From Leucoraja ocellata (Eukaryota): a stretch of 64,000 nt of DNA. The translations under genes and the position numbers were made by a program. Below, in pieces: positions 13,901-28,900 of the stretch. The stretch is from the NCBI GenBank assembly GCA_036785375.1, contig JAWMAR010000115.1:4712001-4776000 (forward strand), read 5' to 3'. The notes under the pieces are model-generated. The model ran no database searches. It was not told where the DNA came from and was given only the letters and a program-made list of their open reading frames with translations. The first letter of the stretch is position 1. Each line of letters starts with the position of its first letter.

Positions 13901-16900
13901 TTACTGGAGAACATTAATAAGTGACGTTTTGGGTCAGAACGTTTCTTCAGATTGAAATGATTCCAGCTGCTCCAGACTCGGGCTTCAGATCAGCATTCAG
14001 CTAGGAGCAGGACCCAGGGAGAGGGAAGGGTTGGGAATCAATGGGTGTGAATGGGAGAGGGATGGTGGGAATAATGGGAATGAAGTGAAGGTTGGGATTG
14101 GATGCAAAGAGAGGTAGCAGGCAGCTGATGTGAAAGAGAGTGGGGTAGGGCTGATGTTTGCAACATGCTGGTTCTGTATGAGGGTGAGCGAGAGGGTCAG
14201 GACACGTTCAGCATTCCCACGGGGGAGTCACTAAGATGCCAGACCAGCTCATAATTGTGTAAAACCCACCCCATGAAGAAGTCAGTCCTCCTGTGATTCC
14301 AGGTTAATGTGTTCACACCATCTTGTTCTGTAACCTGGTCACCCTGTGCTCTTCATCTCTCCCCCAAGCTCCCTGTAGAACTGTCTCTGCTGTGTAGACA
14401 TTAACACGGACACGAGTGTTGCAAACTCTGCCGGGGTCTAACGTGGAAGGGTCACCATCCAATATATTGTAGACATGAAGAACTGCAGATACTGATTTAC
14501 AAAAAAGAGACAAAGTGCTGAATAATGGTGAATCGGGCAATATCTCAGGATGCTGCCTGGCCCACGTTTTGGGTCGAGACCTTTCTTCAGACTGATTGTA
14601 AAAGGGGTAGAAAGCTGGAAGAGGGTTGGGGGTGTGACAAGGCCTGCAAGTGATAGGGGGACATAGGTGATGGGGGGGGGGGGGGTTGTTGATTAACAAA
14701 TGGTCGGACAAAGGCCAGACATAAAATTGTGAACCAGTGTGATATGATAACGATAGAAGACATGTGGGGGGAGGGGGATGCCTACATGTTAGTAACCAAA
14801 CACTGGATAATTCAATGTTTGTATCATTGGGTTGCAAGCTATTCCAGCAGAATATGAGTTGCTGTTGCTCCAGTTCAGAACTCCGCGACTGGACAAGAGG
14901 AGGAAATGATTTATGTGGGGCAGGGGTAGGCAGAACCAATGGGTCTGCCAGGGCTGCCCTGTTTGTGGTGTTTCAGAAGGAGATAGATAGGGGCTGGTGG
15001 ACGATTAGGTTGGAGACTGTGGATGGGTGATCGCCAGAGATGATGAAATCAGTGACATTCTGGGAGATGGTGGCCTGGTGCCTGTATTGTAGTGGGCATC
15101 TGTTTTATATTTAGAAAAAAACCTGAAGTGTTTTGGTGTGGAATTCATGCAAGAAGTCACATTTTGAAACTTATCAGATGAACAAAACACAAAGAATTTT
15201 AATAAAAACCTGGTTGGGAATTTTTACCTGATTACCCCTGTGCCTCAGTAACTGTGATGCTGAAAGGAGTTCTATTCTTTTGTCTCTCTGCTATAGACAT
15301 ATACAGCAAACGTCACACACTTTACCGCACCAGCACAGATCACAGTGAAGTCCAGCTGGTTTGCTATTTTCTTCCTGTTTTCAACATTGCTTCTGGCGTG
15401 TGGACCTGGACATCTAGTCGCCTAAATGACGAGGACAAAGTAATAGCATCAGCAACATTCTCTCAACCCATCAATGTCGCCAATACAGCTTTTAAGAATC
15501 GACTGATGACCTCAGTGAAACACTTCAAAGGCGAGGATTTTAGTGTGCGGATTGTCCCAGTTTTGTTTGAAGATGCTGGAGTTTACAAATGTTCAGCAGG
15601 AACATATCTATATATCACCATTGATCTAATCACAGTGAAAGGTAGGAGACAGAATGCTGCCAGTGTTTTCACTGATGAACTAATTGTTTAAAATATAAAC
15701 AACCTGCTTGTTTCCACAGTCACAGCTGAACCGTCCGATGCAGTGACTGAGGGAGACAACGTTACCCTGACCTGCTCTGTGTCTCACGTCACTGAGTCAA
15801 TGAGACTGGTTTGGATCAATGGCGATGACAAATGTGTTGGAGAAAAGACACTGACCGTGGAAGAGAAATCACTGAGTCTGGTTATTCAGAAAGTTGAGAG
15901 GGGCAGAGGGAATTGGAGATGTGGTTTGTTTCATCAAGACCTGCCCCGGCTTTTAGTCCCATACTATCAGGAGACCAGTGGTAAGTGACTCAGGATTTGC
16001 TCTTCATACTTAGAATCAGGATCACATTTTGATGTCACTTATTGCACTATTTGCCAGTATTCACTCCTCCTTTGCAGCCTATGTGGGATGATTTGCTGTG
16101 GTGTAGTCCCTGGGAATATGGACCATGGGATAACTCCGTGCCCCTGGGTTAATATTGAAACTTCACCTTTCTATGTGTCACTGATGGGAAAGTGGGATAG
16201 TGACAGAGCTGGGACAAGCATTGGGTCCTGTCAGCAAAACAGAGCCTTTCCATTTGACCCTGAACCAATTCCACTGCCAGAATCACTGTCCAAAGTCCAT
16301 CATGCCCATACTGACCGATGTTGAACACAAAGAGACCATCTCACTGATCCTCCTCACTCGGAGCACAGCTGGACCCTGGAGTGTTCAGGATATCTGGATG
16401 GAGAACGCTGTTTACATAAGCAGTCCTGCCACCTGTGGTACTATAAACTGTGCAATCATAGAATCATGCAGCATTGGAATGGGCTGCTTACCCATTTCAT
16501 CCATGTTCACCAGTTATACATGTCAATAATGTCCCGTCAGAGACCTCAACTCCATGGCAAATAGATTTTGCTTATCTAATCTCTTCTCAAGTAGCATCCT
16601 GTCAATCTCCTCTATACCTTCTCCAGTGCTACCACATCCTTCCTGTCATTTGGTGACCAGACTGCATACAGTACTCCAGCTGAGGTCTGACCAAAATTTA
16701 CACATCTGCCGCATAACTTCCCTACTTCTGTGATCTATGTCCTGACTGATGAACACACTATCCCGTGTGCCTTTCCAACCACATTATCTATTTGTGTGTC
16801 CACGTTCAAGGATCAATGGACGTACTCCAATGTCCCTCTGTTTCTCAATAATTTGTCAGACCTTGTAATTCATGGTGTATGTCCTAGCCCCATTTGTGCC

Positions 16901-19900
16901 CCTAGGACACATCACCTCACAAATTCTGGATTAAGATCCATCTTTCATTTCCCAGCACATTTCACCAACACATTGACATCTCTCTGCAGAATAAGACCAC
17001 TGTCCACACTATCAACAACTTCACTAATCGTGCCTGCCAAATCCACTGCTATCTACTGCAAGACATTTGTGTACATTAGATTCAACAAGGTCCCAGGACC
17101 AATCCTTGTGGAACACCATTCGTCACCGTTAGTAACAGGCATCCAGGTGTAAAAACAACTCTCTGTCATCGCCTTCTGTCTCCTGTTGCCATCGATGATT
17201 GGACATGGCTGCTGGCTGTTTGCAAATAAACCTGCCCTCCTCTGCCCCATCTCCATTGGTCATTGTTGGGTCACCCAGCCCTCCCTCCACTTTTCTCATA
17301 GAAGACTTGATTAGACTGGGAGACTGTGAAATGTCCATACAATCTCCCCACACCATCATGTATCTCAGCTCCTCTCAAAATCTTCCCCCAAACCATATGT
17401 TCAATAATCTGAATTCACACATTCACAAGGGCTGGTGAACAGTGCCAGAGACCTGGGTTCAATCCTGACCAAGGGTGCTGTCTGTATGGTGTTAGTACAT
17501 TCTCCCTGTGATCGTATGGCTTTTCTCCAGATCCTCCGGTTTCCTCCCACATTGCAAAGATTTGCAGGATTGTAGGTTAAGCGGTCTCTGTAAATTATCT
17601 CTTGTGTGTAGGATAGAACTATTGTGTGGGGTGATCAGTGGCCATCATGCACCCGGTGGGACAAAGGACGTGTTTCCACACTGCATCTTGAAACTAACTA
17701 AACAAAACTAAACCAAACATCATTACTTGTGGTAACTGTGTACCATTTCTGCTCTCCTCTGATGCCAATCTCATGTGCTTATCAAATTATAAAACGTCTA
17801 TCTTAACTGTGATGTATTGTTACATTAGTGATGCAATGGTAAGCTGTTCTATGGATGTACTTCACTGCTTGTTGTAAAATATAGTTGTATTTAAAACTGC
17901 TGGGCAAATCACACTTGAATCACATTGGCATTGCGGACAATTGACAAAACAGATGGGACAAATATGGAAGAGTGCACTGGTCGACATCGCTGGTCTGGGT
18001 TAGAGGGTCTGTTTCACTGCTATAAAATTCTATCATTCTATAAACTATAACTAACAACCTTTTTAAAGAAAACAATTTCACAGTATTCAGTACGACATAG
18101 ATCAGACTGAGAAGTTATCGTCTGATATTAAAACAATATTTTGCTTTTCTGGCAGGGACTACTATTTACCTTTTCCACCAGGAAGGCAACTATGTGTTGA
18201 AAGGACCAGACAGTCCTGGAAATGGCCCCATTGACTTGGAATGGAGTCCACACTTAGGGCAACAAACCACAAAGCAATTGGCTACATTTCACAGAGAAGA
18301 TCAGCAGTGGGCCGTAAAATGGAGTGATGAGTACAATCAAATACCAGGCATTTCCCAGAGTATGCATATGGACTGGGGTACCCTTGATCTGAGGATCAGG
18401 AAACCCATCTTTGAACTTGCAGGGCTCTTCACCTGGAATGAGGCACAGCCCAGTGGGAAAATCCTGAGACAGTGGGAACTATTTGTGATCAAAGGTATGT
18501 CGGACAAGGAACAGAAAGGGTAAACAAATGTATTTTTCTGTAATGTTTTCCACAAATTTGTGACAGATTGTTGGAATTAGGTCAGTTATTTGATGAGTTT
18601 TGTATAAACAATGCTGCAGAGTTAATGAATTGATGAATATCCACACAATTTGGAAATGGCCAAGACTGACAGATGTGGAATCATCAATGTTTTAATGACA
18701 TGTTTAGCCATTTTACTGCTCTGTTACCCCCACACCTCCACCCCACCATTCATTCTAATTCAATAACAGAAATGGCTGGAAAATTTCACAGCAAGTCAGG
18801 CAGCATTTGCGGAAAGAGAAACAGTCAAAATTTCTGGGAAAGACTTGAGGAAGACAGCAGCCCAGGCAGCATTGAAATGTGGTAAAACCAGGGAATTTCT
18901 CCTGATAGAGAGAAGACCTGTGGCAGGTGGGATAAGATCAAGTCACTGTAGCTGAGTAATTTGTCGATGATGTGGTTCTGGTCGACTGTGACACACTCTC
19001 TACACAGAGAGGAAACGGAAAACAATGATGCCTGACGGTAATAATCCTTATGTAGATGGAAGTTCCATATTGACAATAGAAGGTAGCAACTTGCCCAGAC
19101 CAAAGATGAGGTGTGGCTCTTGGAGCATGTTGTCAAAAATGCTTATATTTTAGTCCATCAATATCTAAGATCTGTGTTCCAACATATTGGATTCTGTAAA
19201 TTGTTAAAACATTAACATTAACTTTCAGTTTTCCCTTCTTCATTTTCCGTCACTGGGGAGGGTTTAATATGAATGTCAGCTCTGGTAATATGATGGCCAT
19301 ATTTAGGACAGATATTCCCATAAACTGGCCCTGACACTGGGAAAGTGAAGTCCTGGCCACAGAGAGGGCCCAACCTCTGTAGCAGCTTCCTCAAGGTCAG
19401 CAGCAGTGACCTTGCTTCACCAGGCCATTGTTAGCCAAGTCATCGACAGCACAGAGACCATGGGAGGGTTGCGAGAGGTGGCAGGAGGCAGAGCTGGTGC
19501 TGGGAACCTACCTGTGGAAGCTGCTCAATGTCTTTGGATGATGTCGATCGGGAGCAGTGGGTAGATGTGGGAGACGAGGGGGACGAGGGGGACAGGTGGT
19601 CACTACCAGGAAGTGTGGATGACATCACTGAGCACGGATGCTCAACATTCGGCCGACTCTCTGTTTGCAGGAAAGAGACAATTCTGCCCGCAGTCGTTCA
19701 GAATGCTGGACTGAACCACACGTCATGTGTCTGTTTCCACAGTTGAGGCAGACTCACCGAGGCCAGTAATGGGCAGTGACATCACCCTCAGCTGTACCAT
19801 CTCCAGACTCCCAGATACCGTCAGTCTTCGCTGGAAACCAAGAGGCTCATCTCAGCAGAACAGGAGAAACAACACTGATCAGATCCATCTGAATAACACC

Positions 19901-22900
19901 ATCTATCTGATGATCCAACACGTTGGAGCAGGAAATCCCAATCTGTACACATGGGAAGTGCTGGAAAATGATTCCATTGTTCTCACTGGAGACACCAATG
20001 TTGAAGTGGATCAGGGTGAGTCCAAAGCTGCCTTGCAGCAGGTATTAAATAGTTCCTGATATCAAACTGTTCCACATATTGTACAGTGAGCTCTGACTTC
20101 ACCGTGGGCTTTCACTGCAGGATATTGGCATTGCCTTTAACCTGGGACACGGTGTAAATATAAAATGGTGGCACTAAGATTGATGGAGCTACACAGGAGA
20201 ACCAAGGGATTAATTTCAATTCTCCTGCATGAATCAAAGGGGATAACATCAATCAATGGAGAGAAACAAGTTGTCTTCTGTCCAGAGTAGATGGGAATAT
20301 TAACTTATTCAAGATAATGTACAGCTGCACCAAAATTCAGTTGTTGGCTGAGCCATTTCCTTGGGTTGGGTGTTGTTCATCACTCACTCCAGTGATCTTA
20401 GTGTCTGACATTCAGTGGCACTCTCATCTTCCAAATAATGTTCCTTCATGTCCCTCTCACTGTATGACTCGCCTTGTGTAACAACCTGATGCCCAGTTCA
20501 ATGTGTGATAAATATTTCACTGTAATCGATTTCTGAGACTGGGTAACAGATTGTTTATTATCTCCAGTCCACCGGCATCACTTTGCTGGGTGTGTGTCTG
20601 GGGAAGATGGACTTTGGTGCACAGCCCGGCGTTTGAACAATGGGCACCTGGACCGGCAGCCAGCGTATTGCAGCTCCCAGCCGACTTTCCTGTCTCAGTG
20701 CGGCCCTCCCAGCTGACATTCCAGAGCTGGGGGTTTGTCCCTGTGGAAATTCAGATTATCTGTATCTCACTATCTGTGGAAATCTAATTCTTTGTTCCCT
20801 GTCCCTCTCTTGCAGATTTATATAACAAGACGTACACAGTTTATCGTTCCGTCACAGATCACAGTGAACTCGACCTGATTTGTGAAGCTTCTCTTGCGCT
20901 CAATGAAACCAAATGGACTTGGAGATCACACCTTGTCCAAAATCAAGAGAAGGAAATAGATTCTTCTCACAGGTCTGAGCCGATCCATGTCGACATGAGT
21001 TACTTTGGGAATCGACTGAAAACCACAGAGGGAAATGTGAATGGCACGAATTTCCGTGTGCGGATTGTCCCCGTGCAGTTTGCAGATGCTGGAGTTTACA
21101 CATGCTACATAGGATCAAATAAATATGTCACCATTGATCTAATCACAGTTACAGGTAGGAGACTGAATATTGGAATATGAATGGTAAAGTCATTGGGCTA
21201 AAGTACTCACTTTCATGCAGACTTTGATTTCAGCACATGTTTCTCCAAATATTTTACTCTGAAAAAAGATTTAAATCCCTGTCCCACGGTACAAGTTCAT
21301 TCCAAGAGTTCTCCCTAGTTTGCCTTCAATCGAACTCGGAGATATACGGTAATGGCCACTCGTCAGTACTCGGGGCTCTCATGGACATTTTTCATCATGT
21401 TGACAAATCTTCATGAGTCTTCCCGTGCTACCTGCCATTAGCGAGTTTTCCCGAGTACCTGCCGTCAGCACTAAGAGATGAGCTCCGACGTACCCGCTAT
21501 GTTCATTCTCCGTGCTTACCACGAGTTTGATTTTTTAAAACTCGGGAGAGCTCTTGGAATGAACTTCCACTGTGGGACAGGGCTATAATTTCAATAGAAC
21601 TGCTACTCAAATATAGTTGTATTTTACTCATTAAAAAATTGCCCTGATAAAACACATGTTAATTCACAATTTAAAAAAAAAATCCCTTTGCCACTCCACC
21701 ACCTGTGCATTCCCTGAGTTTGAAGCACCATCACAATGTGTTGGGGGTTGGGTCATTAATGGGAAGTAGACTCGGGGTGAGGGTCGCTGCCAACAGTCGT
21801 GGTGGTGGGAAGTGGGTGGTGTCTTGGACTGGTCGTCTGTCTTTTATTTGATTGGTGGGAGTGGGTTGTGTCGACTGATTGTTGGATGTATACTGTCCGA
21901 TCATGTGATCAATGGGTGGAGAGGCTGTTGCGTGATGGGTGTGTGGGGTTCTTGATTGGGTGAAAGTGATGAGGTCTGGAGGAGGGTGGAGGTTGCACTC
22001 CACCCTCCTTGGGGGGGGGGGGGTTGAGGGGGAGCAGAGAGGCTCACGTGAGAACCACTAATTAAATAAATTAAAGGGAACCCGCCTACATTTGGTGCTG
22101 ATCATTTGCTTATTTACTGCTCAATCCCTTTAAATTGTGAAGAAACATTTTTGAAGCTTGCCCAAGCAGACTACCAATCCCAATATAAATCCAAGAAGTC
22201 TGTAACTTGGGTCCACTGTGTGTACATGGTTGGTTTTAAATTGAATAAGGGGGGTGGGGTGTCAAATGGGATAGTCGAGGACGGAGTTAAAGGGAAAGAG
22301 AGTAAAGGGAGAGTTAATGCCCCTAGAATTAACGGGAAAGGAAGCTCACAAAGGAATAGGAGAGTATGGCCAAGTGTAATAGGGATCGATGTGAAAGGTG
22401 AGATGCGTAAGGAATTAAAAGCATTGTATATGAATGCGCAAAGTATAAGAAGTAAAGTAGATGAGCTTGAGGCTCAGTTAGAGGCTGGCAGACATGACAT
22501 TGTGGGGATTACTGAAATGTGGCTGCAGGGGGATCGGGCCTGGGAACTTAATATTCAGGGTTATACATCCTATAGAATGGACAGGCAAGGTGGGCAGAGG
22601 AGGAGGGGTAGCTCTGCTGGTGAGGGCTGGAATTCAGTCCCTTGCAAGGGAAGACATAGGGACTGACGAGGTAGAGTCACTGTGGATTGAGTTGAGGAAT
22701 TGTAAAGTCAAGAAGACACTAATTGGTGTTATTTACAGACCCCCAAATAGTAGCCCTGATGTAGGGTGTAAGGAGTTAAAACTGGCATGTAACAAAGGTA
22801 ATGCCACTATGGTGATGAGGGATTTCAATATGCAGGTAGACTGGGAAAATCAGGTTGGTTCAGGACCCCAAGAAAGAGAGTTTGTGGAATGCCTCCGAGA

Positions 22901-25900
22901 TGGATTCTTAGAACAGCTTGTAATGGAGCCGACCAGAGAAAAGGCAATGCTGGATTTAATGTTGTCCAATGAACCAGATATGATAAGAGAATTTGAGGTA
23001 AAGGAACCGCTTGGAGGTAGTGATCATAATATGATTACTTTTAATCTGCAATTTGAGAAGGAGAAGGTTAAATCGGAAGTGTCAGTAATGCAGTTGAACA
23101 AAGGGGACTATGAAGGCATGAGAGGGAAGCTGGCCAAGGTAGACTGGAAAGGGATCCAAGCAGGAATGACGGTGGAACAGCAATGGCAGGAATTTCTGGG
23201 CATACTCCGGAAGAATCAGGATCATTTCATTCCACAAAGGAAGAAAGATTCTAAGGGGAGTAGGAGGCAATCGTGGCTGACAAGAGAAGTTAGGAATAGA
23301 ATAAAACTAAAAGAAAAGATGTATAACACAGCAAAGAGTAGCCGGAAGCCAGAGGATTGGGAAACTTTCATAGGACAACAGAAGTAAACTAAACGGGTAA
23401 TACGGCTGAAAAGATGACGTACGAGGAGAAGCTGGCCAAGAATATAAAGAAGGACAGTAAAAGCTTCTTCAGATATGTTAAGGGAAAAAGAGTAGCAAAG
23501 TCAAATGTGGGTCCCTTGAAGGCAGACATGGGTGAAATTATTATGGGCAACAAGGAAATGGCAGAAGAGTTGAATAGATACTTCGGATCTGTCTTCACTA
23601 AGGAAGACACAAACAATCTCCCTGATGTACTGGAGGACAGAGCATCTAAGGGGGTAGGGGAACTGAAATAAATTTTAATTAGGTGAGAAATATTATTGGG
23701 TAGGCTAATGGGATTGAAGGATGATAAATCCCCTGGTGGTCTGATGGTCTGCATCCCAGGGTCCTCAGGGAGGTGGCTCTAGAAATAGTGGACGCATTGG
23801 TGATCATTTTCCAATGTTCAATAAATTCAAGATCAGTTCCTATGGATTGGAGGATAGCTAATGTTATCCCACTTTTCAAGAAAAGAGCAAGAGAGAAAAT
23901 GGGGAATTACAGACCAGTTAGTCTGCCTTCGGTGGTGGGAAAGTCAATTATTGAAGAGATAATAATGGGGTATTTGGATAGCAGTAAAAGGATTAGTCCA
24001 AGTCACCATGGATTTATGAAAGGGAAATCATGCTTGACTAATCTTTTGCAATTTTTTGAGGATGTGACAAGTAAAATGGATGAAGGGGTGCCAGTGGATG
24101 TAGCGTATGTAGACTTTCATAAAGCCTTTGATAAGGTCCCGCACGGGAGACTGGAGACCAACATTAGAGCATATGGTATTGGATGTAGGGTGTTGACATG
24201 GATAGAAAATTGGTTGGCAGACTGGAAGCAAAGAGTAGGAGTGAACGGGTCCTTTTCAGAATGGCAGGCAGTGGCGCGTGGAGTGCCGCAAGGCTCGGTG
24301 ATGGGGCCGCAACTGTTTAACAAATATATTCATGATTTGGAAGAGTGAATTAGGAGCAACACCAGCAAGTTTGTGGATGACACAAAGCTGGGTGGCAGTG
24401 TGAACTGTGCAGAGGATGTTAGGAGGTTGCAGGGTGACCTGGACAGGTTGAGTGAGTGGGCAGATGTGTGGCAGATGCAGTTTAATTCAGATAAATGTGA
24501 GGTTATACACTTTGGTGACAAAAACAAGGGGGCAGATTATTATCTCAATGGGGTTAGGTTAGGTAAGGGGGAGGTGCAGCGAGACCTGGGCGTCCTTGTA
24601 TACCGGTCACTGAAAGTGGGCTGGCGGGTACAGCAGGCAGTGAAGAAAGCTAATGGAATGTAGGCCTTCATAACAAGAGGATTTCAGTATAGGAGTAAAG
24701 AGGTTCTTCTGCATTTGTATAGGGCTCTGGTGAGACCACATCTGGAGTATTGTGTACAGTTTTGGTCTCCTAATTTTAGGAAGGACATCCTTGTGATTGA
24801 GGCGGTGCAGCGTAGGTTCACGAGATTGATCCCTGGGATGGTGGGACTGTCATATGAGGAAAGATTGAAAAGGCTAGGTTTGTACTCACTGGAGTTTAGA
24901 AGGATGAGGGGGTTCTTATAGAAACATATATAATAGTAAGATGAAGTGAGAACTTACCAGTTTGATCTATATTTTATGAGGAGTGACAATGAGCGATTAC
25001 GCGAAGAAGGCCGTCAGAACGCATGCGCGTCAACTTTCAAAGCAGCGGTGTGAAATCACAGATAACAGTAGTTGAACTGAACATAGTAAGATTGGAGAGA
25101 ACTACAACCTACCAGATGACCTTTATAATATGAGGGTGGGAGCGGTAGGCACGTAATCGCTCATCGTAACTCCGCATAAAATAAAGATCAAACTTCAAAC
25201 TGGTAAGCTCATTTAATCTTACTATTTTACTTCGGAGTCACGCGAATGACTACGTGAAGATTTTAAAGCTGTGATTTCATGCCGTGTACACGAGTCGACA
25301 CAAGCACAACCGCAACCGTTGACCACAGATAAGGGAAACATTCATAATGCATACAGACATGACATAGATTTGAAACATGCTGATGCTTTTGAAATGAACA
25401 AATAATAATTATAGCAACCCCTCTCTTCTGGGAGGAAATTATAAAATAGAACCTAAGAAAGAGTTGGGAAATACCCCTGGTCTGGCAATGGGTTACTATA
25501 AAATGTTTGGAGTTCGTTTATTAAACTATCCTGCAGCCGCTAGGATGTGGTCCAGCGGAACGTACATAACCCTTGCTGCTGATGTTGTAGTAGCCCGGGT
25601 GGAGTGAGATTAGAAAATATTCGAATCTACTCCTGCATGAGCCAAAACTCCGTTTTAACCACCTGGAGATGGTCTGAATTGATACCTTCTTATTTGGTTA
25701 TTGTAACTATAAAATACTGCTAGTATCAAAGCCTCTAATGCTCTAGGTGACCTAACATATTGTAGTAAATGTGTGACCACACATAACCGTAGATCCATAG
25801 GGTATGCCATGAGAATTGGTTTGAGACCTGACACCCCTGGGCTGGTCTGCTTAACTGAGTCATAAACATAAAATATTGTATTATTTGCAGATGTAACCAT

Positions 25901-28900
25901 CCTGTCCAGTCGCAATTTATGTAGTGACTGGACCCGTTGCGCTAAGACCAGCACCATGAGGATAGCCACCTTTAGAGAGCTGGGCCAAAGATGAGGATAT
26001 AGCTGGAGCCCCCTGTTGAAGTAGTGTTAATACAAAGTCAATATCCCATACGTCCGTGTACTTGGGCCTGGGAGAACTTGTGTTAAAGATATCCTTTATA
26101 AACTGGATATCAGTGGGTGAGACCCAACCGTGTGGGTCCCGCTTGCTGCAGCAAATATGATGAGAAGGCACGTTTGGCACAGTAAATGGCACTATAACTT
26201 AATTTATTGTCAAATACCCATTTGCAAATGAACGCCACGACGTCAGTAGTCCGTGCTGTATTACATGTAACATTAGCATTTAAAAAAAACCACTTCCCAT
26301 CTCCTGAAGAGGAAATGTAATGCTTTTTGGGGGCTATCCCTGCACTCTGCAGTGAGAACTTACATGGATCGGTCTGAAAACCCGAGCCGCAGGAGCAGTT
26401 TACTCAGAATCTGCAAGACAATAATTTGATTTTATCATGCAGAGGCTGGTTTCCCCAGCCACAGGCAGAACCAGCAACGTTTTATGTTTAGAATAACCAT
26501 ATAAGTTTGTATTATTATTCCCGACAAATGCGGGAACCATGGTTGCATAGGCCAGTCAGACAGTATGAAAGCCTGAAGCGGGATTGCTGACTTTATTGCA
26601 AGACCCGACTGATGAGGCAAAATGGAGAAAAGACATAAAAGAACATTCCTCCTCCGAGTAGCGAGAATGTATCTCTCGCCACTGTTATGCCCCATATTTT
26701 TGCAACCGATGAATGAGCCTGGATGAATACACATCGATATTTGGTGTTCCATCGAGCCATAATTTCATAAAATACCTTGTGATCCAACACCCATTCTGTG
26801 TTGTCATTGATTTTACGTGATGATACACCAGTGCCAAATGAGATAAGGTAAATTATTACAGGATACTATGACTTGATTGCACCCATGTGACTAACATATG
26901 CCACCACCATAGTAGAGCATGCAGATTATGCATATTCGCACAATAACCCTTTTTTTTAATCAAAATCTTTTAATTTAGTTTTCAAGACATAACAAGGTTC
27001 AACGTTGTCCATTTGTTACAGACAGAGTGTACGAAAAGAATAAATAAAAAACAACTTATGCCAACATATAACAAGAAAACGACAATAAAAGAAAAATGAG
27101 ATACCAAAAATAATCCCTCCCCAGTCACTGCCAGTGAGCATTTGCAAATATCAGCCTGTCACAGCAATAATCCCCGATAAATGAATGGGTAGCCTGTTAA
27201 TGTTAAACTGTACTTGATGATCAAGCATTTACAAAGTCTGGAATGCATTTAAAAAAGGTCCCCACGCTTTCTGAAACCTTCCATTTGAATGTTGAAGTGA
27301 GTACCTAATTTTTTCGAGCTTTAGGCAGGACATAATATCTGTCAGCCATTGTGTATGAGTGGGCACAATAACCCTTTAACCCATAGAATGCACCCAGTGT
27401 CTATAGGTAGTTGATACCAATAACTGAAGAATTGGTAACTCATGCAAATATCATTTGTCACCGAACTAGAGATGGCATTCGTAATTTTCCATCTTTGAGC
27501 ACTAGCAGCAGTTTGTGATATAACTGACGATTTACTGACCAAAACTACTGGAGCAATGCTGAATACTGTTTGTCCACCATTGTGACTTTGGTTGCTTCAG
27601 CTGGTAATATCATAGGTCAGTGAACAATGGCCTACATGGCACTTGAGAGGTTTCTACTTTGCATGATGTAAGTTCTGATCATGCAAAAGCCCCACTTACA
27701 CAGCTGAATCACAGCTACGATATTGCCAATTACACTTGATGAATAGAAAGCTGTTTTATAACAACAAGGTTGTTACAAGGTTCTATCAATTCCAATCTCT
27801 TGCCCCAGGGCGGAATCACAAGCAAATTAATAGTTAAAGGTAAATCCCAATAATCAATAAGTCTAGTTGTTATCAACTTAAATTTAACTGGATGGATGAG
27901 GAACCCCAATTTCTCAAATATAGTTTGAGGCTGAAACAGTTAATTTTAGCAAAATACAGTGTTAAAATTTCATCCAGAAGATATAACATGTGTTTTTAAG
28001 CTCTGAGCAGTCCAAGTTACAAGATTTTAGTAAATCACTTGGGAGCTGAAGTTAGCCCATTTTGCAATGCTTTAACTGTTATCATTGCCTCATCCAGATA
28101 AATTTCAAATGTCTCTGGTGATCCCTGTGAATGGGAACTGAATATAATGTATCTTTGAGATCGAAGCATGCCATAAAGATCCTATTGAAATCAGTTGTTA
28201 GTCAGTAACAAAGTTTCCTATTCTGAAGTTTATACTGCACATGCGAGTTAAACGACAATCTCCATCTTTCACAATGAACAGGTCACGCCTGCCATAATTC
28301 CGTGCCTGCCTCGAATGACAATGGCCATAATTCTGAGCCTGCCTCGAAAGACAACTCTGGCTATATTTCCGAGCCTGTCTCGAAAGGCAATCCTGGCCAT
28401 AATACAGAGGCTGACTCGAAAAACAACTCTGGCCCCAATTCCAAGCCAGCTTGGAACCCTAGTATTGTTCAGTTTAAAGGTTATATGCCACCAAGTAGAT
28501 GGCAATGCCTTAACCATTTGTATGTTGTAAGGCCACTAGGGCCCCTTCCATCCTTATCAAGGGCAGTGCTTTCATACAACACATAAACTAATCACATGTT
28601 ATCATTATCATTTGTACAAAAAACAAGTGTAAATTTTACCAACTTGTAAGTGGTCCACATACCCCATGTTTTGGAAGTGCCAGACCTGCCTTCCTGCATG
28701 GTTACCTTGGTTGGAGAGTAGGACTGGTAGGGTGCGTGAATTCCATATTTTTCCTGAGACCGACTTGGGCCTTTGCTTAAAAGGCCACTGCCCAGCTTTC
28801 ACGCTGCCACCAGCTTCAGTGAACCGCTTACTGCCGATGGAGGTGTGGGGTGTGTTGTCACCAAAACGATGAAGCTTTGCTCGTCGTTGGTACCTTAATT

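Noticed and set aside
9446-21154. Rearranging antigen-receptor V segments
   Set aside because: The V-type exons end in splice donors rather than heptamer-spacer-nonamer RSS, include their own G strand, and no J or C1 segments are seen.
28287-28452. CRISPR-like spacing of 36-nt repeats
   Set aside because: Contiguous tandem units without unique spacers, in a eukaryotic context with no cas genes.
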